Shown here: piece by piece, positions 30,781-40,570 of the stretch | Position numbering within the stretch: the stretch's first letter is position 1 | Layout of the letters: each line of letters opens with the position of its first letter | Virus record (IMG/VR): IMGVR_UViG_3300033149_003588 | Span: 74,460 to 138,459 of that record | Direction: 5' to 3' (one strand) | Origin: a virus | Length of the DNA: 64,000 bases | The notes under the pieces: generated by a model | Seen by the model: only the letters and a program-made list of their open reading frames with translations | What the model was told of the DNA's origin: nothing | Database searches by the model: none | Program-made: the position numbers and the translations under genes

Positions 30781-32143
30781 ATTGCTCCTCCTTAAATTGG
30801 TAATATTTGTGTATATTTGATCTATATTTTGCATGTTTCTCTAAGTATGGTACATCATCACACAAATCAAATATGGTAGCTTCAGTTTTACCATCTGCGA
30901 TTCTCACTGTTCTACCAACAAGTTGATAGTCATCCTTTGTAGGATAGGCCTCAATTAAACAATCGAGACTCGGAATATCTAATCCTTCTTTAGCAAGCGT
31001 CGTAACTAATATCTTAATATCTTTATTATCTAAACGAGTTAATATATCTGTTCTATCATCTGTATCATCAACACCGTATAATTCCTCACAATTGTTGCTA
31101 TTTAGCATGGACATTATTCTTTTACCATGATTAACCTGATTAACAGCTATAATAACAGACTTATCAGCATTGGAATATTCAGTGGCCATGTCAATTATAA
31201 GTTTTGTCCTAGAATCGTTTTCGATAACTTGTTTTTTAAAAACATTTTGATAAGTACCCAACGTTTTATCGGTAGGACCAACCTTAATCCTTTTAATAGT
31301 TGGAGAAATAACATATCCATCCGAGGCAAGAATATTAAATGGAACTCTAAAACCAACCATGCCACCAATACCTTCGAGTAACATATCATTCCCATCAGCC
31401 CTATAATCTGATGCGGTAAGCATGAGTAATCTAGATACATGTTTAAAATGTTTAGTAACGTCCTGTAACATATCACTAGCCAAAGAGTGTGCCTCATCTA
31501 CTACAACCATCTCGGTTTCATTGATAATTCGTTTTATATCACTATTGCTCGCCCCAGATAAAGCTCTGATTAATGTCTGAACAGTAGCCACATTTACATC
31601 ATGCACATCACACCTACCAGCGCCTATTATACCTACTGGAATCCCAAGTATATGCTCAAGAATACGTTGAGCCTGGAATAATAAAATATTAGCATTTACC
31701 AAAAACATAGTTTTACGTTTTATTGCATGAATACATGCAGCTGCTACAGCTGTTTTACCAGAACCAGTCGGTAACACGCAAAACATTGCAGGCTCACTAT
31801 AATTAATAAATGCCCGAAGAGCATCTTTTTGATATGGTCTTAGGTCAATATTAATATCGCTTGGCATATCAACTGAAGTACATGGAGGATGTCCATCATA
31901 TATTACCGTATATTCATAATTATGACTACTAAGAATATTTTTAACACGCCGCAAAAACCCAACCCTAAATTTTAGACCCTTGGATATGACATATCTCCAC
32001 CCACCGGTATACTCATATGCCCTGCTAAACATATATCCAGTAGGCCTATAGCGCATCTCTCTTCTAAGTATGCTATATAATTTATTGGGGGCATTAAGAA
32101 TCCGCCCCCAGATATTATCTACTTGTATAATTATAGAAGGCAT
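30767..32143 (-). CDS. Superfamily 2 helicase (UvsW-like)
   Basis: LRPYQ, PTGSGKT, DEAH, TAS, EGLDIP, QLVGRTVR. Start placed at the TAATG overlap at 32143. Confidence 0.92.
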   Translation of the reverse strand: MPSIIIQVDNIWGRILNAPNKLYSILRREMRYRPTGYMFSRAYEYTGGWRYVISKGLKFRVGFLRRVKNILSSHNYEYTVIYDGHPPCTSVDMPSDINIDLRPYQKDALRAFINYSEPAMFCVLPTGSGKTAVAAACIHAIKRKTMFLVNANILLFQAQRILEHILGIPVGIIGAGRCDVHDVNVATVQTLIRALSGASNSDIKRIINETEMVVVDEAHSLASDMLQDVTKHFKHVSRLLMLTASDYRADGNDMLLEGIGGMVGFRVPFNILASDGYVISPTIKRIKVGPTDKTLGTYQNVFKKQVIENDSRTKLIIDMATEYSNADKSVIIAVNQVNHGKRIMSMLNSNNCEELYGVDDTDDRTDILTRLDNKDIKILVTTLAKEGLDIPSLDCLIEAYPTKDDYQLVGRTVRIADGKTEATIFDLCDDVPYLEKHAKYRSNIHKYYQFKEEQYERT

Positions 32144-33534
32144 TATATCAATTCTATTCCAGTCCCGGCAGCAGTAGAACGTAAAACAGCCAACCATCTT
32201 TCTCGAACTTTATCCCATGTTCTCTGTATAGACCATGCCATACCACGTTTAGCTAAATCGGCAAGCCATTCTCTACTATTGTACGCCTTGCACAATAATC
32301 GACCCATATCCCACATCGATGGTACTGGCCTCAGCATAGCATTATTCAATGGTAAAGCGGCTACCATATCATATTTATAGGCCATGTCAGCATGCATAAT
32401 AGAAGTATTATTGCCCCTTAAACCAAGATATTCATTATACTCATCTGTAAAATGACCATACGGACCGCCACAACTTATACCAGCTATGTATCCCCCTTTG
32501 ATCCTATCTATCATTGACGTATTATAGGGAGCCATCACGGGTGTGCCAGCAGCCATAGCTTCTCTAATAGGCAAACCATCGCCTTCACCAAGACTAGTCG
32601 AAAGATAAACATCAAATAAATTATATAACATATTAATTTCAGCATCAGACACAGGCGCATATTGGTTAAGTATCGAGTCAACAGTTGGAACAATTATTTT
32701 GTCTGCTATACCAAAACTGTGAGCTACCTTGGATATAGATATAGCTGTTTGTCCTATGTTATCGACAGTATGAATATATCCCAACAATTTAATATCTGGA
32801 TTTTGCCTATATGCAGCTGCTATCCCACCTATAAATCCAGTTAACCATTTTCGTGTGGAATTCGTCGCTATATAACCAACAATCATAGCATCATCGTATC
32901 CACTAAGCCGTCCAAGATGTTTGCGTATCGCAGCAATTTGCATAAGTAGTCTATCATCAGGTTTTTGGTCAGGCCTATATTTATAGAAAATCTGGGGATC
33001 AACAGCATGCTCTATTATTATAGACCTATCCCCTAACCTTTTATTAATTTTGGCAATATGTTTATGCGTCCAGTCATTAAATAATACCGGAACATCTGCA
33101 ACTTCAAAAGCCTCTAGCCATTCTAATCTTAATGGGAGTCCATCTATGGGACTATACCATATCCACTTAAATTGTTTGTTTCTGAGTGATCTAATCTCAT
33201 TTATATATGAAGCCAAATCCTGTAACACCCACATATCTTCAAGACTAAAAAATATATCATAATCTAATTTACTCAATAATTCTTTGGTTCGTCCTAATCC
33301 ATACGGATCACCAGCATTAAATTGGTTATATAACGGGTACAACTTCATATCGGTCGGGAGGTCAAATAATGATGGTTCACCAGTATAACTTTTAGCAGCA
33401 ACTGTGAGCTCTATATGACCAGCGCGATGTAATTCAACCAGAGTATTCCTCAGCACTTTAGCAAAACCAGAAGGAATCGTGGGAGAATCACAATAAGCCA
33501 ACACCTTTATTTTGCCCATTGTATCACCCGCCAA
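32143..33534 (-). CDS. GT4 (GT-B) glycosyltransferase
   Basis: DSPTIPSGFAKV N-terminus; STSLGEGDGLPIREAMAAGTP (Ex7E). Confidence 0.88.
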   Translation of the reverse strand: MAGDTMGKIKVLAYCDSPTIPSGFAKVLRNTLVELHRAGHIELTVAAKSYTGEPSLFDLPTDMKLYPLYNQFNAGDPYGLGRTKELLSKLDYDIFFSLEDMWVLQDLASYINEIRSLRNKQFKWIWYSPIDGLPLRLEWLEAFEVADVPVLFNDWTHKHIAKINKRLGDRSIIIEHAVDPQIFYKYRPDQKPDDRLLMQIAAIRKHLGRLSGYDDAMIVGYIATNSTRKWLTGFIGGIAAAYRQNPDIKLLGYIHTVDNIGQTAISISKVAHSFGIADKIIVPTVDSILNQYAPVSDAEINMLYNLFDVYLSTSLGEGDGLPIREAMAAGTPVMAPYNTSMIDRIKGGYIAGISCGGPYGHFTDEYNEYLGLRGNNTSIMHADMAYKYDMVAALPLNNAMLRPVPSMWDMGRLLCKAYNSREWLADLAKRGMAWSIQRTWDKVRERWLAVLRSTAAGTGIELI

Positions 33535-33859
33535 TATCTAAATCCATTTTTATTACTGATATAACCCTACTAGTAGCTTCATATTTTAATTTAATTGCCC
33601 TAGATGCTTCATACAATAAATCCCGTTTACTCATTAGTTCAACACCAGCAGTCTTGTCATTGCGATATGCACGTTGAACAACACCCCACAATTCTATTAA
33701 ATATCCATAATAATTGGCAAATGTACCCAATAAATTATTATATTCCTGCAATGAAGAATATTGAGGTTTAGTGGGCGCACTGATATCTAATAACTGATGT
33801 ACTTCTTCCATAACATCATCATATGGAATAAATATAATATTGTGTATATCACAAACCAT
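33524..33859 (-). CDS. Helical hypothetical protein, possibly UvsY-like
   Basis: 111 aa coiled/helical protein near recA/SSB; assignment by context only. Confidence 0.35.
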   Translation of the reverse strand: MVCDIHNIIFIPYDDVMEEVHQLLDISAPTKPQYSSLQEYNNLLGTFANYYGYLIELWGVVQRAYRNDKTAGVELMSKRDLLYEASRAIKLKYEATSRVISVIKMDLDIGG

Positions 33860-33952
33860 TAGAATCCACCATCTATGCCTCTCTATGCTCCTATATAGTC
33901 GAGAATATGTTATAACCCAACCAAATATTAGTTATTTAAGACCAGATAATAT

Positions 33953-34345
33953 TCAGCGGACAATATTGAGATATTGGGATACCTTTTTATTATGAAAAAC
34001 ACGACATTTATCACACGCATCAGGGTTAACACATATAAACACATGATTACCATCCGAATCTAATCCTATATTACATGTGCAGCCATCGTGCAATAAATTG
34101 GTTACAGGTAGTTCATCGGGTCTATCCACCTGACCACGTTTTAATTTTAAGACATGGGTAATGTCAGATATATTCGCTGTGATAATATCAATATTGACAC
34201 TCAAATCATCTTTACCTTTGATATTATTAGTGGGTATCAAAACCCTAATAGTAAAGGCGTCGTGATCTATATCACCAACAAATCCTCGTTTCCCGTCCCT
34301 TAATATAATTCCATCACCGAGTTCTATAGATTGAGAATCGAACAT
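33953..34345 (-). CDS. Hypothetical protein with SH3-like N-terminus and C-terminal Cys cluster
   Basis: ELGDGIILRDGKRGFV; C.C....C....C..C. Confidence 0.6.
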   Translation of the reverse strand: MFDSQSIELGDGIILRDGKRGFVGDIDHDAFTIRVLIPTNNIKGKDDLSVNIDIITANISDITHVLKLKRGQVDRPDELPVTNLLHDGCTCNIGLDSDGNHVFICVNPDACDKCRVFHNKKVSQYLNIVR

Positions 34346-34346
34346 G

Positions 34347-34922
34347 TTACTCCTTTCGCTTTAGATATTTATCAAGTAACTCATTATATTGCCCCCACTT
34401 ATATATCTGCCAATATAAAACATTGGTATCATCATAAGTAATCATAATTCTGCCAGGAATCAATTCACTAAACTCGACAGAAAAACTCTTTTGATCACGC
34501 GGTGTAACTATTATATCACCAGAATATACGGTAGAATCAAGAGGAGGATCATCAATATAATCGAATATTAGAACATCAGAATATTTAGTATACTTCTGTT
34601 TATAAAATAATAACGGATGTAGTGGGAACAAATTGCCACTCTTATCTGTATGCACCATGGCTTCTTTAACTATTTGAGAAAACCATATGTGTCTAAATCT
34701 AGCCTTCGGATATACTTGCCTAGCATGATTACTTCTCCACTCCTTCGTAGCTGGATCCCTAAGCTTACATTCAGCGCCGAATACTTCATTGTATGCGTCA
34801 CCCAAAGTATCATCAGATCTTATGGTATGTTTGGCAGATTGACCATATACACGACCATGGCGACCCATTAATCTGTTGGTTCTACGCTCAAAACTTTTCC
34901 ATGCCGAATCTGATGTTGACAT
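34347..34922 (-). CDS. PD-(D/E)XK nuclease, probable Holliday-junction resolvase
   Basis: WKSFERR...GD.....AECK; next to recA. Confidence 0.65.
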   Translation of the reverse strand: MSTSDSAWKSFERRTNRLMGRHGRVYGQSAKHTIRSDDTLGDAYNEVFGAECKLRDPATKEWRSNHARQVYPKARFRHIWFSQIVKEAMVHTDKSGNLFPLHPLLFYKQKYTKYSDVLIFDYIDDPPLDSTVYSGDIIVTPRDQKSFSVEFSELIPGRIMITYDDTNVLYWQIYKWGQYNELLDKYLKRKE

Positions 34923-36031
34923 TATCCCTTATCTTCTGATACTGATTCTATACCGCTATCCTCAATAATATTAATATCTCCCCTGTCTTTACCTATCATT
35001 GTGTATACTCTATTTCTAATAATCTGATAATATTCATCATTTTTATGTAGTTCCTCTAAAAATGCATCACGACCATTGGCACCCATCAATTTCTTATTAT
35101 TATCATCAAGAAGATTGAAATATGAAGATTTTTGTTTTATAATACCCGCCCTAATACCGGCCTCAAACGCATCATAATATTTATCAACACCAGATCTAAA
35201 ATCAACCTTTACCTTGAATCTCGCACCAACAGTTGGAGCCAATTTATTTTTAGTTATTTGATATTCAGTTTCACATCCTGTATTAATATCATCACCATCA
35301 TCAGATCCTATTAATGTATGTCTAACAACCTTTAACTGATATGAACAATAAAATCTTAGCGCAGTGCCACCAGTAGAATATGTGGGATCACCGAACATCT
35401 GATTAGGATTCTTGCGAGTCTGGTTAATAAACATCACAACAGTTCCACTATTAGTTATGCCAGGTGTAATTCTCTTTAACCCCTGTGACATTAATTGTGC
35501 AAGATGTGCTCTCTTGCCCGGGCCATCGGCCATTGGTGTTTCTACAATTGCCTTGGGAACCATTGCTGGTACGGAATCGACCACAATTAAAGCAAATTTG
35601 CCAGTATCAATTAGCGCCTGCAATATGTCGAAATAATCCTCACCGTATAGTGGCTTACTGTCAGACCTAACAACGAGTAACTCCTCAACATTAACACCAA
35701 CATTACTAAAAAATCTAGAACTAGCAGCACCCTCTGCATCGAGGAATGCGCATAAACCACCGCGACGTTGAGTTTCCACAATAGCCATTATAGATAACAA
35801 TGTCTTCCCACTAGCCTCCGGCCCATAAATATCAACAATCCTACCGCGAACGAATCCGCCCAATCCTAAGCATCTATCCATAGCTAGTATACCAGTGGGT
35901 AGTGTATCTATTTCATAATTAGACATAGCACTAAGCGGACCAATAGAATCGGCATACGACTTCAGACTGTCAACTTTTTCTAAATCAAATCGATCTTGAT
36001 CAAACATGGCCATATTATCTCTCTTACTCAT
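34922..36031 (-). CDS. recA: RecA/UvsX recombinase
   Basis: GPEASGKT, FLDAE, VVDSV, FINQ, STGGTALRF, KNKLAP. Confidence 0.96.
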   Translation of the reverse strand: MSKRDNMAMFDQDRFDLEKVDSLKSYADSIGPLSAMSNYEIDTLPTGILAMDRCLGLGGFVRGRIVDIYGPEASGKTLLSIMAIVETQRRGGLCAFLDAEGAASSRFFSNVGVNVEELLVVRSDSKPLYGEDYFDILQALIDTGKFALIVVDSVPAMVPKAIVETPMADGPGKRAHLAQLMSQGLKRITPGITNSGTVVMFINQTRKNPNQMFGDPTYSTGGTALRFYCSYQLKVVRHTLIGSDDGDDINTGCETEYQITKNKLAPTVGARFKVKVDFRSGVDKYYDAFEAGIRAGIIKQKSSYFNLLDDNNKKLMGANGRDAFLEELHKNDEYYQIIRNRVYTMIGKDRGDINIIEDSGIESVSEDKG

Positions 36032-37163
36032 TGTTTTCTTCTGCCATATACTTGATATTTAGGTGTTCAATAAATGACCGTATATTCGGAGCTGACCACG
36101 AGCCAGGACTATCGGGTTTAGATTCATTCTTGTCTTTACCAAATTCGCGGAATTCCCCCGCCAAATCTACTGCATTCGCTTTCTTATCGAGAACGATACG
36201 CCTAATCAACTCATCTAATTCATTTTGCAATGCAGTAGTATCCTCTTCGTCACGTAAATCACTTTCAGGTGACGGTTCGCCCAACATAGCGCCGGGAGGT
36301 AATAGCTTGTCCGCTAATTTTCTTGCAGCTATCTTCAGGGGCTTCGGAATTCCAGTAGTCAAAGCCAACACACCAAGAAAGGCTGGATCATGATCAACTA
36401 TATAACCCAGTGGTTTACCCTGGTAGGGAGGAGAAGTTACTATAATCGCAAGATCACCAGTATACTTAACCTCTGTTGGAGATGCTATGCCACCTATAGT
36501 AGGATCCATATCCTCACCAGCTATAAAAGCATTTAGCTCATCGGGATCCATAACCTGGTTCTTAATTATCTCTATAATAGCCTCTTTATTTGGTATATCT
36601 TGTCCTTCTATTAATGATTCGTCAAATGGTGAATCCGCTAGCGCTATGGCAGTATATTTTACGATATTCTTAGAAGATTTGGCTTTCTCAATCTCAAAAT
36701 CGAAATTATAAGCATCACCTCTAGCTTCTATATTTTCCTTGAAAGCAGTAAACAACTGGTTACCCTGATTAAGGATCTCAACACGACCGGTAGCATAATT
36801 ATAAACCGGAACCATGTGTACCTGTCTTACGGGAAAATCTCTCCTATCAGAGTTCCTGTTATATTTCTCACGTTCAAGAAGAAAATCCCATAAAGGATCT
36901 GTCTTGCCGCAGAGTCCACACATACATGGCTGCCGCCCAGAAATCTCGACAATATTACATGGCTGGGTTTTATATTTTCTGAGCAATATTTGCTCCGACT
37001 GTCCTTCATTTCTCTTGGCCGAAAAAATCTGGTGTGTCCAGAAACTAACCGGTTGAGTAATTCCAAATTTTTCGTGCAACAATAAGCGAATCCTAAACCT
37101 CTTATTATCCTGAAATTCTACATATCCAGCATGTCCATTACTACTAACATCGTTCCATCCCAT
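36024..37163 (-). CDS. Single-stranded DNA-binding protein (T4 gp32-like)
   Basis: FRIRLL..FWTH..C..C..DP..VPVYNY...YNFDFEIEK pattern, acidic C-terminal half, between recA and the purZ-like gene. Confidence 0.7.
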   Translation of the reverse strand: MGWNDVSSNGHAGYVEFQDNKRFRIRLLLHEKFGITQPVSFWTHQIFSAKRNEGQSEQILLRKYKTQPCNIVEISGRQPCMCGLCGKTDPLWDFLLEREKYNRNSDRRDFPVRQVHMVPVYNYATGRVEILNQGNQLFTAFKENIEARGDAYNFDFEIEKAKSSKNIVKYTAIALADSPFDESLIEGQDIPNKEAIIEIIKNQVMDPDELNAFIAGEDMDPTIGGIASPTEVKYTGDLAIIVTSPPYQGKPLGYIVDHDPAFLGVLALTTGIPKPLKIAARKLADKLLPPGAMLGEPSPESDLRDEEDTTALQNELDELIRRIVLDKKANAVDLAGEFREFGKDKNESKPDSPGSWSAPNIRSFIEHLNIKYMAEENNE

Positions 37164-37175
37164 AATATTTCTCCT

Positions 37176-38441
37176 TTATAATATGTGTGTATTCTTAATC
37201 ACCTCATTATAACCCTTACCATATCCCATAAGATAGATCGGTATCTTCTCTGAGGTAATTATGTCAAGAACATCAACGAGTCTATCTATAGAAGAATTAA
37301 ATTGTTCAATAGTCATATCACCGAGAGGATATGAAGTGTCCTTGACTCCGAGTAGACTATCAACAAATAATTGACCAGCACCAATTCCAGCGATAATTTC
37401 ACGCATGTCCGCACACATATCATCACCGATGCTAGGATAAAAATAATCTAAGAAATTGATGGCCAATATGCTAGGTCTACATATATCACATGCGTAATGA
37501 AACTCGTCTCCACTAAATTCGAATACACGTCTAACACGTTTTGAAACGGTGGTACTCTCAATTACATGCTTGCCAATGCGCTCGCTAATAATGTCCCAGC
37601 TAATTTCCTCACCCTTCGATGGGCCAGAATTGCCAGCAACTCTGATAGGATACAACCGAGTAACACCCACGATATCTCTAACGGTAAGTGGTGACAATCC
37701 TGCCTCCATAAGCCATTGTGCTGGGCCAGTAGAACGACTGGTGGTATATGGATAATATCCATGGTGAATAGATAACATCATACCCTGTGCACCCTCCAAT
37801 AATATATTGCCACCAGCACGCTCTACATTATTGAGAAATTCACTAACCCTGGTATCACACAAATATGGCTGCAACATATCGATATCTTTAGCGTGACGCA
37901 TTTTACCCTTACGCTGAATCTTTTCAACCAGTGCGGCGCCACCACCATGCCTGGTACTACCTATTATATCATTAAGATCGGGCGCATGCTCGGGACAATT
38001 ACTACATCCATGAAGTCGATCATAATTCTTACATTCTGCTGGATCTTTACCATTCCGTATCCATGCACAAGCATTTTCTCCACCAGATTCGGCCATCTTG
38101 TGACGTAAATCTATAATGGATGCATATGGATCGACAATAATGCGCTCATGCGTAGATATACCCTCAGATTCTAACCACTGTATTTCTCTCTTAAATATTT
38201 CTAAATCTATTTGAGATCCAGCACCCAACACCAATTTAACATCAGGATCAGACATGCCAACACATGGTATAACCTGAAATGCATATTGTTTGGTTCTATC
38301 TGGATTCCAAACACTATGACCGGCATTGGGACCACCGGTACGCACTATCGCATCGTATGTCCTATCTACTATCAAATGCTCCGCCACTCTACCCTTGCCT
38401 TCTGAGCCAAATGCTAGCCCTACTATTATATCGACTGGCAT
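37176..38441 (-). CDS. purZ: PurZ/PurZ0-type adenylosuccinate-synthetase homolog (candidate 2-amino-adenylosuccinate synthetase)
   Basis: PurA fold (GPNAGH, LLEGAQG, YPYTTSR, YPIRVAGNSGP, TTVSKRVRRV), with FGSEGKG (Ser13) in place of the PurA GDEGKG, and NFLDY at the TKLD position. Confidence 0.75.
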   Translation of the reverse strand: MPVDIIVGLAFGSEGKGRVAEHLIVDRTYDAIVRTGGPNAGHSVWNPDRTKQYAFQVIPCVGMSDPDVKLVLGAGSQIDLEIFKREIQWLESEGISTHERIIVDPYASIIDLRHKMAESGGENACAWIRNGKDPAECKNYDRLHGCSNCPEHAPDLNDIIGSTRHGGGAALVEKIQRKGKMRHAKDIDMLQPYLCDTRVSEFLNNVERAGGNILLEGAQGMMLSIHHGYYPYTTSRSTGPAQWLMEAGLSPLTVRDIVGVTRLYPIRVAGNSGPSKGEEISWDIISERIGKHVIESTTVSKRVRRVFEFSGDEFHYACDICRPSILAINFLDYFYPSIGDDMCADMREIIAGIGAGQLFVDSLLGVKDTSYPLGDMTIEQFNSSIDRLVDVLDIITSEKIPIYLMGYGKGYNEVIKNTHIL

Positions 38442-38450
38442 AATATCTCC

Positions 38451-38633
38451 TTATTTATCTTGATTTAAGTGTGCTTTTAGTATTATCCTCTTAAGACGCT
38501 CATCAATAATCGTTATTTCCTTGGGTGAGGACAAAATAGATAAGGCAGTATCGACATCACCCTGTCTAATGGCGTGAAACTCTTGATTCTTTATATCAAG
38601 ATCATACAACAATATGGCAAACACTCTTTTCAT
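38451..38633 (-). CDS. Small hypothetical protein
   Basis: 60 aa, coupled by an ATGA overlap to 38630-38788. Confidence 0.6.
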   Translation of the reverse strand: MKRVFAILLYDLDIKNQEFHAIRQGDVDTALSILSSPKEITIIDERLKRIILKAHLNQDK

Positions 38634-38788
38634 TTCATTTCTATATAAATAATAGTATCCTGGTAACTTCTTATTTTAACCTGATCTTCAGTTAAATTCG
38701 CGTCAACGAGTATATCTCGTATAGCTGTTTGTGCGTCTTCAGCTTCAATATCATGACGTGCACCATCTAATAATATAATTACTTTCAC
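38630..38788 (-). CDS. Small hypothetical protein (52 aa)
   Basis: Manual: GTG start, VKVIILLDGARHDIEAEDAQTAIRDILVDANL... Confidence 0.6.
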   Translation of the reverse strand: MKVIILLDGARHDIEAEDAQTAIRDILVDANLTEDQVKIRSYQDTIIYIEMK

Positions 38789-38797
38789 CTTATTAAC

Positions 38798-39169
38798 TTA
38801 AACTGCGAATCCCGGAATTGGCAATCCTAATTCCTTACATTTAGCCCTAATGCCCGATATAAACACCTCAAGATTAGCAAACATATTAACCACGGTATTA
38901 TGCCTATAATAAAAACTGGGCAAACTAATATAGTCGATATGATGTGATGAAATATAATGATCATCATCCGGATTATAATCAGCGGGAAGAACACTCGTGT
39001 TGCCATATTGAACCCCGTCTATTATAATATCGGTATCCCCAACAATCCCGATCTCAAGATCACCAATGATATACATTATAAACGGGTTAGATGTTATAAT
39101 ATATTGCTCCGGAAACATCTTTAATTTATCTATGGGTTCAATTACTTCTATTTGAACTTTATCTGTCAC
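38798..39169 (-). CDS. Hypothetical protein
   Basis: 123 aa ORF in operon context. Confidence 0.6.
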   Translation of the reverse strand: MTDKVQIEVIEPIDKLKMFPEQYIITSNPFIMYIIGDLEIGIVGDTDIIIDGVQYGNTSVLPADYNPDDDHYISSHHIDYISLPSFYYRHNTVVNMFANLEVFISGIRAKCKELGLPIPGFAV

Positions 39170-39506
39170 TTAATAATATTTCCTTTTCTACTGGCTTACC
39201 ATCGATAATGAATTTGACTATTAATAGTGGAAAATCATAATGTACTATTGTACCTGGCCCATAAAATGCATGAATATATGTACCACCAACAGAATATGCG
39301 TCAGATATAAATCCATTAGTGATATAATACTCTGTTATGAGTCCCTGTAATTCTGCGCGCTCAATCACGGTTAATTTCTTATTCAACATAGATTCAACAA
39401 TGGGCCCTACAGTCTCGCTATTAACATTGCCCTCTCTAAAAACATCTAGAAGATACTTAACCGCTTCATATATGCTATTCCATTTAGACATCATTGCAAT
39501 TCTCAT
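39159..39506 (-). CDS. Hypothetical protein
   Basis: 115 aa ORF in operon context. Confidence 0.6.
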   Translation of the reverse strand: MRIAMMSKWNSIYEAVKYLLDVFREGNVNSETVGPIVESMLNKKLTVIERAELQGLITEYYITNGFISDAYSVGGTYIHAFYGPGTIVHYDFPLLIVKFIIDGKPVEKEILLSDR

Positions 39507-40017
39507 ATATAATAATTGGGGCTGAAATATTCTCTCTATTTAAAACTCGTATATTGTTAACCCCAGCATTAACAATGGCCGACATGCCTTCATCAAATTC
39601 GTCCTCAAATATTATATTATCCATGTCATATGGGTAGTATGTACCATGTTGTTTTACTACTATATATACGTGTCCACCAATTAAATCCTTTTGAATATCA
39701 CACAACATCCCGCGCTTGCGCTCTAAATATATACTATCACTATCCAAATAATTATTGACCATCTCAATGTAAAATACTACATGTATATTGAATAATTCTA
39801 AAGGGTGATAAGAATAAAAACTCCAATTCCAATTATTCCAAACTTTCACAGAATAGTCAAAAGTACTATCCGTTGTAAGGCCCATATCATTATAAACATA
39901 ATTAGTTGTTGTAGAGTCCACGCTATCATAGATATAACTAGAGGTATTGGTAGTAGCCCAGTGAATATGAGTAATAGTATTGGTATCCCCATTATTAGAA
40001 CTCATCATGATCTTCAA
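39484..40017 (-). CDS. Hypothetical protein
   Basis: 177 aa with a Thr/Asn-rich N-terminus. Confidence 0.55.
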   Translation of the reverse strand: MKIMMSSNNGDTNTITHIHWATTNTSSYIYDSVDSTTTNYVYNDMGLTTDSTFDYSVKVWNNWNWSFYSYHPLELFNIHVVFYIEMVNNYLDSDSIYLERKRGMLCDIQKDLIGGHVYIVVKQHGTYYPYDMDNIIFEDEFDEGMSAIVNAGVNNIRVLNRENISAPIIIYENCNDV

Positions 40018-40570
40018 TCGTTGCTAAAATAATATTGCTATCTATAATATAGATATTACCCTCAATATGTTGTCCACCACGATGCTCTTCAAATATAATA
40101 ATGTCACCCTCAGATATTTTAAGTTTAACATCAGGTCCAACACTTAATACTCTAGCTATAGGCGTATATTTTCTGGCCAAATATTCTGGTATAAATTCAG
40201 AGGTAGATTCTCTCAGGGTTTCAATTATAACCAGTCTGTGCCGCGCTCTAAGTGTGCCATCAATTATTTGGGAAGCCGGTTTTCGATCGTATACACAACA
40301 CCATATATTATTTAGTGGAATAACATCATATTTGCCCAATCCCCATGCTCCTTCACACCGATGATCATATATTACATGCATATCGGGTACTAAATCGATC
40401 TCATTTTCAGAAAATACATTAATAATAGTACCACGTCTAAATTTGATATTAATATACTGTATTAAATGTTCTGGTATAAAATCACAATCACCATATAATG
40501 GTTCGCTCCTAATAATAGCAGAATCAGTAATTAATTTTAAATTATTAATATCTAAATCATCTAGCATCAC
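39995..40570 (-). CDS. Tandem GroES/Cpn10-like co-chaperonin
   Basis: Two homologous halves: FIPEHL..RGTIINV..PDMHVIY and FIPEYL..ARVLSVGP..EGDIIIF..IILATI. Confidence 0.7.
   Translation of the reverse strand: MMLDDLDINNLKLITDSAIIRSEPLYGDCDFIPEHLIQYINIKFRRGTIINVFSENEIDLVPDMHVIYDHRCEGAWGLGKYDVIPLNNIWCCVYDRKPASQIIDGTLRARHRLVIIETLRESTSEFIPEYLARKYTPIARVLSVGPDVKLKISEGDIIIFEEHRGGQHIEGNIYIIDSNIILATIEDHDEF

Noticed and set aside
37176-38441. Calling the gene a plain purA auxiliary metabolic gene
   Set aside because: The catalytic Asp is Ser and the TKLD motif is NFLD. Plain PurA activity is not excluded but is less consistent with these motifs.
38630-38788. Ubiquitin-like (ThiS/MoaD) protein
   Set aside because: The N-terminus is faintly similar, but it is only 52 aa and lacks the C-terminal GG.
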